Assembly (NCBI GenBank): GCA_036782555.1
Contig: DAIPYV010000001.1
Coordinates: 1-40,506, forward strand
Origin: Saprospiraceae bacterium
GTDB taxonomy: Bacteria > Bacteroidota > Bacteroidia > Chitinophagales > Saprospiraceae
Reading direction: 5' to 3'
DNA length: 40,506 nucleotides
Shown here: positions 34,838-40,385 of the stretch, one piece after another
How positions within the stretch are numbered: position 1 is the stretch's first letter
How the letters are laid out: each line of letters starts with the position of its first letter
The notes under the pieces: generated by a model
What the model was told of the DNA's origin: nothing
The model's database searches: none
The model's input: the letters and a program-made list of their open reading frames with translations, nothing else
Made by a program: the position numbers and the translations under genes

Positions 34838-35092
34838 ATGTCTCGGTCTCTAATTTACAATTCAGTCGATTGTTTGATACCTGAGTATGTAGATACTTAC
34901 ACTCTTAGGTCTATGTGCTACTATATCGAATGTGTAGCCAAACTCAAACAGATTAGTTTTAATAAGGCTGAGGAAAAATGGAAAATCTGGGCTGGGGTTG
35001 AACATCTTAGTAGCATAACTCCAAACCAAGCCCAACAAATTATTTACAGGTGCAAACAAATTTTAGGGTTTGTGCCTTCAGATTATATTTAA
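34838..35092 (+). CDS. Hypothetical protein (84 aa)
   Basis: ORF track. Confidence 0.45.
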   Translation: MSRSLIYNSVDCLIPEYVDTYTLRSMCYYIECVAKLKQISFNKAEEKWKIWAGVEHLSSITPNQAQQIIYRCKQILGFVPSDYI

Positions 35093-35114
35093 CTTATGTT
35101 ATTATACATACAAT

Positions 35115-35140
35115 ACACCTTTTTTTAAGGGTGTTTTTGT
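35115..35140 (+). terminator. Intrinsic terminator
   Basis: ACACCTTT/AAGGGTGT stem (one G-U pair), T4 loop, followed by TTTTGTTATTTT. Confidence 0.55.
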
Positions 35141-35168
35141 TATTTTAATGATTTTTTTACATTATTTC

Positions 35169-35197
35169 TTGACAAGTTATAAAATATAATTTATTAT
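35169..35197 (+). promoter_or_regulatory. Sigma70-type promoter, cassette type 1 (TTGACA-N17-TATTAT)
   Basis: ttcTTGACAagttataaaatataattTATTAT. Confidence 0.6.
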
Positions 35198-35236
35198 TAA
35201 TATATTGAGTTGAAAAACTTAATTTATTGACAGCTA
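35198..35236 (+). promoter_or_regulatory. Early leader module copy 1: hairpin UUGAGUU-GAAA-AACUUAA plus TTGACAGCTA box
   Basis: taatatattgagttgaaaaacttaatttattgacagcta, directly after the -10. Confidence 0.55.
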
Positions 35237-35401
35237 GTTAGAGATTACGGGACACCCTTACAAGACATCTCTAGCGACAACTAATTAAATACTAACACTC
35301 AGAGGCACACCGTTATTAATTATTTATGTGGTACTTGCCTCTGTTTTTCCCTCGACGAAGAGCCTAAAGCTTGGGTTGCGAGTAATCTATTATTTACAAC
35401 T

Positions 35402-35515
35402 ATGTCTAACACACCCTATACTACTAACAAATCAAATCTTCCTATATATTGGGGAGACACCTATACAGGACAACAGCCTCGAGTTTCCAGAGGCGATAAC
35501 TGGAACAACAAATAA
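35402..35515 (+). CDS. Possible small ORF (37 aa) in the long leader
   Basis: MSNTPYTTNKSNLPIYWGDTYTGQQPRVSRGDNWNNK*. Preceded by the TATTATTT motif seen before other starts. Below the ORF-track size cutoff. Confidence 0.25.
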   Translation: MSNTPYTTNKSNLPIYWGDTYTGQQPRVSRGDNWNNK

Positions 35516-35528
35516 CTATTATATATTT

Positions 35529-35771
35529 ATGACTCAATACTTAAGCCTTAATGTCCTACGCAAAGCGTGGGAGGCAGATAAAACTCAATATATGATGTTT
35601 ACTGTTAAAGAACTTCAATACTACATTGAAGCTATTAAACGCATAAATGTAGTGACCTACCATGTAGATAACTGGAACGAACTAGTTGCTGATCTTGAGC
35701 AAACGCTTGAGATTGTGCGATTAAACGATTTTAAATTTATTAATAAACATTTAGAAAAATATGGAAATTAA
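35529..35771 (+). CDS. Hypothetical protein (80 aa)
   Basis: The ORF track opens at GTG 35328, but that extension covers the structured leader. ATG 35529 (MTQYLSL) follows TATTATATATTT. Confidence 0.5.
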   Translation: MTQYLSLNVLRKAWEADKTQYMMFTVKELQYYIEAIKRINVVTYHVDNWNELVADLEQTLEIVRLNDFKFINKHLEKYGN

Positions 35772-36102
35772 AGAAATTCTGGCTTTGGATGTTACATCTT
35801 TAAGTATCAGCCAACACCATTCTGTCCAAGAACATATCCATCATAGACTCAATGATCTGGAGCTGTTATGTGATAAAAACCAGATGACTGAGCAAGACAC
35901 AGCTGATCGTCTGGCTTTGTACGAACTATCCTGTCACTTATATGTGATTGAACATGAAGCCACCTCTGAATACAGAGCATGGCAAAATACACTACCAAAG
36001 AAAAAACGCAGGGGTGGTAGTACTGACATCACTTATATTATAGACTCACGTCGCGAGTTGCAAAACTATGACGACGAATACAACTTAAAGTACAACAACT
36101 AA
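35761..36102 (+). CDS. Hypothetical protein (113 aa)
   Basis: ORF track; 11-nt overlap with the upstream gene. Confidence 0.5.
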   Translation: MEIKEILALDVTSLSISQHHSVQEHIHHRLNDLELLCDKNQMTEQDTADRLALYELSCHLYVIEHEATSEYRAWQNTLPKKKRRGGSTDITYIIDSRRELQNYDDEYNLKYNN

Positions 36103-36130
36103 TTTTTAATTTAACAAAAACAAATATTAT

Positions 36131-36223
36131 ATGTACCAAAATATATACGCTATCTTTATGATTTCCGCACTTTCAATTGTTTTACCCATTATTTATTTAT
36201 GGGCTATAAACAACCTTAAATAA
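36131..36223 (+). CDS. Small hydrophobic peptide (30 aa), not in the ORF track
   Basis: MYQNIYAIFMISALSIVLPIIYLWAINNLK*. Confidence 0.3.
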   Translation: MYQNIYAIFMISALSIVLPIIYLWAINNLK

Positions 36224-36226
36224 TCT

Positions 36227-36403
36227 ATGATTTCTTCTTTTTATGAAATGATCTTTGGGGTTCAGGTTATATTCTTGTTCCCTATCATAGTCCACGCTCT
36301 TCACCTTAACTTGCAACGTCGTCGTCTACAATTAGACGAGATTAAAAAGCAGGTTGAAAAACTTGGTTCTAGACAAGACCCTAACTATAAACTTTATAAT
36401 TAA
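36227..36403 (+). CDS. Small membrane protein (58 aa), not in the ORF track
   Basis: MISSFYEMIFGVQVIFLFPIIVHALHLNLQRRRLQLDEIKKQVEKLGSRQDPNYKLYN*. Starts 3 nt after the previous stop. Confidence 0.35.
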   Translation: MISSFYEMIFGVQVIFLFPIIVHALHLNLQRRRLQLDEIKKQVEKLGSRQDPNYKLYN

Positions 36404-36407
36404 TATT

Positions 36408-36671
36408 ATGGCTTATGTACCCAATCACTCTGATTTAATAGTCAGATGTCTTATTGCTCAACCTTCCAACTACAATATGGAAGAATGCTTAAGACTTAAA
36501 GGAGATTTAATCTTTCTCAAACAATTAAACGATAATCACATTATTAATTTATGTGATGTTCAACTGCAAACTTTATGCAAAATTTCTTTACATTTAGCTC
36601 AGAGAATATCTGAGCTGCACCCTAAAAAAGTGCAAATCCAAGTAGTGGAGGTCAACGAAGCTTGGATTTAA
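36408..36671 (+). CDS. Hypothetical protein (87 aa)
   Basis: The ORF track opens at TTG 36354, overlapping the 58-aa ORF. ATG 36408 (MAYVPNH) sits 4 nt after that ORF's stop. Confidence 0.5.
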   Translation: MAYVPNHSDLIVRCLIAQPSNYNMEECLRLKGDLIFLKQLNDNHIINLCDVQLQTLCKISLHLAQRISELHPKKVQIQVVEVNEAWI

Positions 36672-36691
36672 TATATTATTAATAATATTAC

Positions 36692-36720
36692 TTGCACAAA
36701 AATAAAAAGTAATATATAAT
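36692..36720 (+). promoter_or_regulatory. Sigma70-type promoter, cassette type 2 (TTGCAC-N17-TATAAT)
   Basis: attacTTGCACaaaaataaaaagtaataTATAAT. Confidence 0.6.
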
Positions 36721-36759
36721 TAATATGTTAAATTGCAAAACTTAATTGATTGACAGCTA
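36721..36759 (+). promoter_or_regulatory. Early leader module copy 2 (hairpin with one A-C mismatch, GCAA loop) plus TTGACAGCTA
   Basis: taatatgttaaattgcaaaacttaattgattgacagcta. Confidence 0.5.
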
Positions 36760-36788
36760 GAAACCCTAAAAACTAACAATTATTATTT

Positions 36789-37004
36789 ATGTACAATTTA
36801 ACCACAACTATATTAGAACTCATGTGTGCTTACAACTGCTCAGAGGGGTATGATACCCCCAACTTAATTAACCAAGCTAAAGAGGTCAAACTCGCTTGGT
36901 TAAACAAAACCAAAAAAACACAACAAGAATACAATACAATGTTTGAGCTTATCCGAATTTTACCACATGACTCACAAATTAAAGCAGTACTAGCTACTGC
37001 ATAA
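36789..37004 (+). CDS. Hypothetical protein (71 aa)
   Basis: ORF track; ATG preceded by TATTATTT. Confidence 0.5.
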   Translation: MYNLTTTILELMCAYNCSEGYDTPNLINQAKEVKLAWLNKTKKTQQEYNTMFELIRILPHDSQIKAVLATA

Positions 37005-37023
37005 ACTTAAAAACCTATTATTT

Positions 37024-37404
37024 ATGTTCAACTTTCTAAAACAAACAAAATCGCATTTAACTCCAGAACAGCTTACAATATGTGAGCAATTAAAACTAGA
37101 CTCATCTACTATAGACGATATAGCTATTACCGAAAACGGTGTAGCTATGTGGTCTTGCTTTAGAGTAGAACCTACTCGAACAGATAATTCAGTATGGAAA
37201 CTTATGTGGTCTTGCTTTAGAGTAGAACCTACTGGAAAAAATTTTTCAGTATGGAAACTCGTAGATGAAATCGAATCTAAAAGAGATCAGTATTATTCTG
37301 CTGGACTTTTAAGATTCAACTCTATATCTGCCACTTTAGCTTTATCCAAAAAAAGAGCTGAGGCAGGTAAAAAAGGAGGAAAGCAAAGTAAAAGCAAAAA
37401 ATAG
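37024..37404 (+). CDS. Hypothetical protein (126 aa) with internal 19-aa tandem duplication and basic C-terminus
   Basis: MWSCFRVEPT..SVWKL occurs twice. The C-terminus is KKRAEAGKKGGKQSKSKK. Confidence 0.5.
   Translation: MFNFLKQTKSHLTPEQLTICEQLKLDSSTIDDIAITENGVAMWSCFRVEPTRTDNSVWKLMWSCFRVEPTGKNFSVWKLVDEIESKRDQYYSAGLLRFNSISATLALSKKRAEAGKKGGKQSKSKK
37147..37260 (+). repeat. 57-bp tandem duplication x2 inside a CDS
   Basis: The first 30 nt and last 14 nt of the units are identical. The middle 12 nt differs (cgaacagataat vs ggaaaaaatttt). Confidence 0.85.
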
Positions 37405-37433
37405 TTTACCACAAAATGTAATAAGCAAAATGC

Positions 37434-37459
37434 AAGCAAAATATTATTTGCTTTTCTTT
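37434..37459 (+). terminator. Intrinsic terminator candidate
   Basis: AAGCAAA-atatta-TTTGCTT followed by TTCTTT. Confidence 0.5.
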
Positions 37460-37486
37460 ATCCTAATAATCTTAATTAATAATTAC

Positions 37487-37515
37487 TTTCACAAAAATAA
37501 AAAGTAATATATAAT
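37487..37515 (+). promoter_or_regulatory. Sigma70-type promoter, cassette type 2 variant (TTTCAC-N17-TATAAT)
   Basis: cttaattaataattacTTTCACaaaaataaaaagtaataTATAAT. Confidence 0.55.
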
Positions 37516-37554
37516 TAATATATTGAGTTGCAAAACTTAATATATTGACAGCTA
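37516..37554 (+). promoter_or_regulatory. Early leader module copy 3: hairpin UUGAGUU-GCAA-AACUUAA plus TTGACAGCTA
   Basis: taatatattgagttgcaaaacttaatatattgacagcta. Confidence 0.55.
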
Positions 37555-37641
37555 CACAGGTTACTCGGTCATCCTACTTAAAACCGAGACTAACCACTCC
37601 GACTAGCCTAAAGCTACGGTTGAGTGCCTATAAAAAACAAA

Positions 37642-37866
37642 ATGTTTATGACTAACACAAAAACAACAACCAACACACAATATGCTGACAATATTGATCA
37701 GCTACTTAACACATTACACGTAACAGTACGAGATCTGATTGACTCAGTCGATAAACTCGAAAAACAATGTCGAATCGATGCAATTCGAGACTTTGAACTT
37801 GATGAGTTAGATTTCTACTCAGATAATAACAACACCCCTATTTTAAGCATACATGACTTAAAGTAA
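37642..37866 (+). CDS. Hypothetical acidic protein (74 aa)
   Basis: The ORF track opens at GTG 37624 inside the conserved leader. The first ATG (MFMTN) is at 37642. Confidence 0.5.
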   Translation: MFMTNTKTTTNTQYADNIDQLLNTLHVTVRDLIDSVDKLEKQCRIDAIRDFELDELDFYSDNNNTPILSIHDLK

Positions 37867-37899
37867 ACAATATAAATATAAACCTAAATATATACTAAT

Positions 37900-38136
37900 A
37901 TGACTGATCAACAATACATCCAAAAACTAGAAGAAGCCTACTTACAACGTAAAGAATCAGGAGGATCTTTTATAATTGTCCTAATGATTGTAGGTGCTAT
38001 AGCTATCATGGCTTGGAACCAAAACAATAAAGTAGAAACTGTAGTAACTAAAAAACCAGTTCCAGTACAGACAGCAGAGCAAAAGACAATTACTTCTACC
38101 AATACAATCAAAGCCCCCAAAGACATTTTTAAATAA
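37900..38136 (+). CDS. Single-pass membrane protein (78 aa)
   Basis: Hydrophobic FIIVLMIVGAIAIMAW. Confidence 0.5.
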   Translation: MTDQQYIQKLEEAYLQRKESGGSFIIVLMIVGAIAIMAWNQNNKVETVVTKKPVPVQTAEQKTITSTNTIKAPKDIFK

Positions 38137-38147
38137 AAACCAAAATT

Positions 38148-38468
38148 ATGACTGATGAAAAATTTAAACTATGGCAGATAGCTAGACATTCTTCAGCTAC
38201 ATCTTCAGTTTGGAGAGCAACATCTAAAGGTAACTTTGACATTGCCAAACAACTGATTATTGATTCCTCACCTTTAATCTCTTTATCTGATTTTCTGGAT
38301 TTGCCAGAACCAAAAGATGAGATTGACAATGAAGTAGATGAGTTGATGGCTGAAGTTTTAAAGCTTCAAAGAGAAGGAATAAAACTCAATCCCACTCTTC
38401 TGCAAAAGAGACTCAAGATAGGCTGGGGGAGAGCTAAAAAGCTGATAAACAAAGTATCTTTAGGTTAA
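38148..38468 (+). CDS. FtsK-gamma-like winged-helix DNA-binding protein
   Basis: The C-terminal DELMAEVLKLQREGIKLNPTLLQKRLKIGWGRAKKLINKV parallels the FtsK gamma consensus (..A...V.....S.SLLQRRL.IGY.RAA.L.D.LE). Confidence 0.6.
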   Translation: MTDEKFKLWQIARHSSATSSVWRATSKGNFDIAKQLIIDSSPLISLSDFLDLPEPKDEIDNEVDELMAEVLKLQREGIKLNPTLLQKRLKIGWGRAKKLINKVSLG

Positions 38469-38524
38469 CCCCCCGACCCACCAGTGGATTTACCCCCACC
38501 CCCGTTATACCCCCCGTACCCCCC
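38469..38524 (+). other. C-rich island: 33 C and 6 G in 56 nt (C6, C3, C5, C5, C6, C6 runs)
   Basis: Counted directly. Intergenic, starting 1 nt after the stop of 38148..38468. The complement is G6/G6/G5/G5/G3/G6. Confidence 0.9.
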
Positions 38525-38554
38525 TAAATTGGCATATTTCAAAATCCACCGATA

Positions 38555-38562
38555 GGGTAGGG
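38555..38562 (+). other. GGGTAGGG octamer (matches E. coli KOPS consensus GGGNAGGG)
   Basis: Read directly, 87 nt downstream of the FtsK-gamma-like gene. A second match (GGGGAGGG) lies inside the LRR gene near 365, so chance is not excluded. Confidence 0.25.
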
Positions 38563-38594
38563 TACACAAAAATAAACTTAATAAATAAACAAAT

Positions 38595-39068
38595 ATGACA
38601 CAAAAACTAACATCACCAACCGCAGGTAAGATTATATTTCTTATTATACTCACCTCAATTATTGCTTATTCAATGTTTGAAGGTTATACAATTTTCATGA
38701 TCTGTTTAGGTGTATTTTTCCTAACAGTCAAAGCAACTTTTCATCAGCTTGATGAAAAAGCAATAGAAATCAAACTAAAAAAGAAAGTACACCAGTACTA
38801 CCAGCCTTACAGATCTAATATGGATTTACTAGGGTGGATTAACAGCATAGATAAAAAAGCAGAGGCTCAAGAACCTGAACCAGTTGTCAATACTAAACCA
38901 GAAAGTTTAGACTTCAATCCTTATAAATATAAGTCTGACTTTGGTTCATTCTTTGACACTGATAAAATGAGAGCAGATTTAGAACGCAAGATGGAGTCTA
39001 CGTCTGACCCTAAAGTCAAACATCAGATCTCTTCTATTATTGGAAGTTTGAATAAGCTAAACGCATAA
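38595..39068 (+). CDS. Membrane protein (157 aa), two N-terminal TM helices
   Basis: GKIIFLIILTSIIAYSMF and IFMICLGVFFLTV. Confidence 0.55.
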   Translation: MTQKLTSPTAGKIIFLIILTSIIAYSMFEGYTIFMICLGVFFLTVKATFHQLDEKAIEIKLKKKVHQYYQPYRSNMDLLGWINSIDKKAEAQEPEPVVNTKPESLDFNPYKYKSDFGSFFDTDKMRADLERKMESTSDPKVKHQISSIIGSLNKLNA

Positions 39069-39074
39069 CATATA

Positions 39075-39098
39075 CCACCCCTTCGGGGGTGGTTTTTT
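39075..39098 (+). terminator. Intrinsic terminator
   Basis: CCACCCC-ttcg-GGGGTGG followed by TTTTTT. Confidence 0.75.
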
Positions 39099-39114
39099 GT
39101 TGTTTAATTTAAAC

Positions 39115-39143
39115 TTGACAGAAATAAAAAAAGAATATATAAA
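39115..39143 (+). promoter_or_regulatory. Sigma70-type promoter TTGACA-N17-TATAAA
   Basis: aaacTTGACAgaaataaaaaaagaataTATAAA. Confidence 0.55.
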
Positions 39144-39149
39144 GTAATA

Positions 39150-39390
39150 GTGTAGTTAGCAGAGTTTTCTTTCCGAAAGGAGAGTAAACAAAACTGACTG
39201 CTTAAATCTTAGATCTGATTCAAGTCTAATCTAAGTAATTATTAACCGAATGTTAAATAAGTTAATAATTTGCAAATCTTTTAACATCATCTAACACGCT
39301 TAAACTTGAAATAAGTTAAATGATTATAGCAGAAACTTGAGATTGTATCAATTAGTTATAACACCCTAAGGACGCTTAGGGAGTTTTTTT
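39150..39390 (+). ncRNA. Predicted ~240-nt non-coding transcript
   Basis: Bracketed by promoter 39115-39143 and terminator 39364-39390. The longest ATG ORF is 14 codons. Internal hairpins: UUUCC-GAAA-GGAGA and CUUAGAU..AUCUAAG. Confidence 0.45.
39364..39390 (+). terminator. Intrinsic terminator
   Basis: CCCTAAG-gacg-CTTAGGG followed by AGTTTTTTT. Confidence 0.75.
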
Positions 39391-39456
39391 ATGTCTAATT
39401 ATTAAATATTTCTTGACAAGTTATAAAATATAATTTATAACTTAAGCATGTCTAAT
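39391..39456 (+). repeat. 9-bp direct repeat ATGTCTAAT (39391-39399, 39448-39456) flanking the type 1 promoter cassette
   Basis: Read directly. The second copy is the start of the 310-aa gene. Confidence 0.7.
39413..39441 (+). promoter_or_regulatory. Sigma70-type promoter, cassette type 1 (TTGACA-N17-TATAAC), leaderless geometry
   Basis: Six nt separate the -10 from ATG 39448, so the canonical +1 is the A of the start codon. Confidence 0.6.
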
Positions 39457-40380
39457 CAAAATAACATTAAAAAACAAATCGGAGAGCAAAACTTTAATTT
39501 TTTCAGTCGCAATTTTTCTGGTGATTTTTTGTCTGAGTGGTTACCAAAAATTTTTAATAATTTAAAAGATCTAAAATACTTACCAGAATCAGAATTGCCG
39601 AAACTAAAAATATTACTAAATTCAAAATTAGAAAATAAAAAAGAAAAAATAATTTCAAGTAAAACAGCTAAAGAGATGCTGGATAAGGCAGGTTATATTT
39701 TGTATGATAATATACAAAATAAACAAGATTATATGATTTTTAGAAAATACTATAAAGTAAACACAAACACCGATTTGTGCAAATTTAGAAATTATGATGC
39801 AACTGCAAGATACCACAAACTTTTTTGGATTTTATCTAAAAATGTAGACACAGTGAAACCCCAAGAAAAACCTCATAGGCAAGATGAATATTCTACATCG
39901 TCAATGTCTATCGGCATTAGCAAAGACAAAAAAAATATTATCCAAATTACTAGCAGATACAATCACTTGGTTAGTGGTTGTGATAATACTTTTAACTCTA
40001 ATTTGGATAATTTAATTGAAGGTCTAACCGAAGCCTTCAATAAAGACTATAATCTGAATCTAAACAAAGAAAATTTTATAGAATTAAACAATTTTTATGT
40101 GCATGATGGTAAATATTTTCACTACCATTACGAAATGAACGGATTAAAATATGGTGATAATACTATTGACGGTGTAAATTATAATCCTAATGAGATCTTA
40201 ATTTTTGACAAATATATTCTAAATCTAAAACACAAGAGTATAAAGACAGCTGATGGTACTGTCGAAACCTTTGTCGATGTCGTTAACGAAAAACTTAAAA
40301 ATGGTTATAAAATAGAAATAAGAAAAGGTGAAGTAGAACCAAATTTAGATGACACAAATAAAATCATTATATATATATAA
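39448..40380 (+). CDS. Hypothetical protein (310 aa), Asn/Lys-rich, no recognisable domain
   Basis: ORF track; followed after 5 nt by an LRR paralog. Confidence 0.6.
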   Translation: MSNQNNIKKQIGEQNFNFFSRNFSGDFLSEWLPKIFNNLKDLKYLPESELPKLKILLNSKLENKKEKIISSKTAKEMLDKAGYILYDNIQNKQDYMIFRKYYKVNTNTDLCKFRNYDATARYHKLFWILSKNVDTVKPQEKPHRQDEYSTSSMSIGISKDKKNIIQITSRYNHLVSGCDNTFNSNLDNLIEGLTEAFNKDYNLNLNKENFIELNNFYVHDGKYFHYHYEMNGLKYGDNTIDGVNYNPNEILIFDKYILNLKHKSIKTADGTVETFVDVVNEKLKNGYKIEIRKGEVEPNLDDTNKIIIYI

Positions 40381-40385
40381 ATTTT

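Noticed and set aside
35227-35236. The invariant TTGACAGCTA of the leader module as the -35 of a second tandem promoter
   Set aside because: No copy has a plausible -10 hexamer 15-19 nt downstream (GGACAC, CTAACA, GTCATC).
36723-36733. ATATGTTAAAT, a 10 of 11 match to the conserved XerD arm of dif (TTATGTTAAAT), tempting given the FtsK-gamma-like gene
   Set aside because: The would-be XerC arm and central region (AAAGTAATATA / TAATTA) do not fit dif. The sequence is just the copy 2 variant of the leader module (other copies read ATATATTGAGTT) in very AT-rich promoter DNA.
32821-37554. Repeated ~50-90-bp cassettes in the early region considered as a possible CRISPR-like or other interspaced repeat array
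   Set aside because: Spacing is irregular (hundreds to thousands of bp), the intervening DNA is protein-coding, and the repeats contain canonical -35/-10 hexamers. They are promoter cassettes, not an array.
32576-37641. N-terminal extensions of track ORFs using upstream or non-ATG starts (32576, 35328 GTG, 36354 TTG, 37624 GTG)
   Set aside because: The extensions run through promoters, conserved leader modules or better-supported small ORFs. Downstream ATGs (32609, 35529, 36408, 37642) have the typical start context.
1204-38329. Other track ORFs antisense to, or nested in, better genes: 1204..1428(-), 8524..8706(-), 22272..22466(-), 22337..22549(+), 28622..28807(+), 29156..29338(+), 30637..30837(+), 31480..31695(-), 34862..35059(-), 37938..38126(-), 38129..38329(-)
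   Set aside because: They overlap recognisable genes (VRR-NUC, scaffold, DnaB, initiator and others) on the opposite strand or in another frame. There is no independent support.
38469-38552. In-frame proline-rich extension (PPDPPVDLPPPPLYPPYPPKLAYFKIHR) after the TAA of ORF 38148..38468, suggesting stop-codon read-through and a PPxY-like motif
   Set aside because: C-rich sequence cannot contain stop codons in any frame, so an open frame here carries no information. TAA works as a normal stop elsewhere in the window.
38465-38653. Minus-strand ORF ending in a glycine-rich tail (..GGYGGYNGGGGKSTGGSGG), superficially microcin-like
   Set aside because: The Gly run is simply the complement of the C-rich island. 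The hydrophobic N-terminus is the antisense shadow of the TM helices of ORF 38595..39068. All surrounding transcription signals are on the + strand.
39448-40380. Possible R-S-E ADP-ribosyltransferase signature in the 310-aa protein (FRNYD .. YSTSSMS .. NEILIF)
   Set aside because: The STS-to-Glu spacing (~100 aa) is far longer than in known R-S-E ARTs, and the Q/E-x-E motif is incomplete (PNE). This is pattern over-reading without a profile search.
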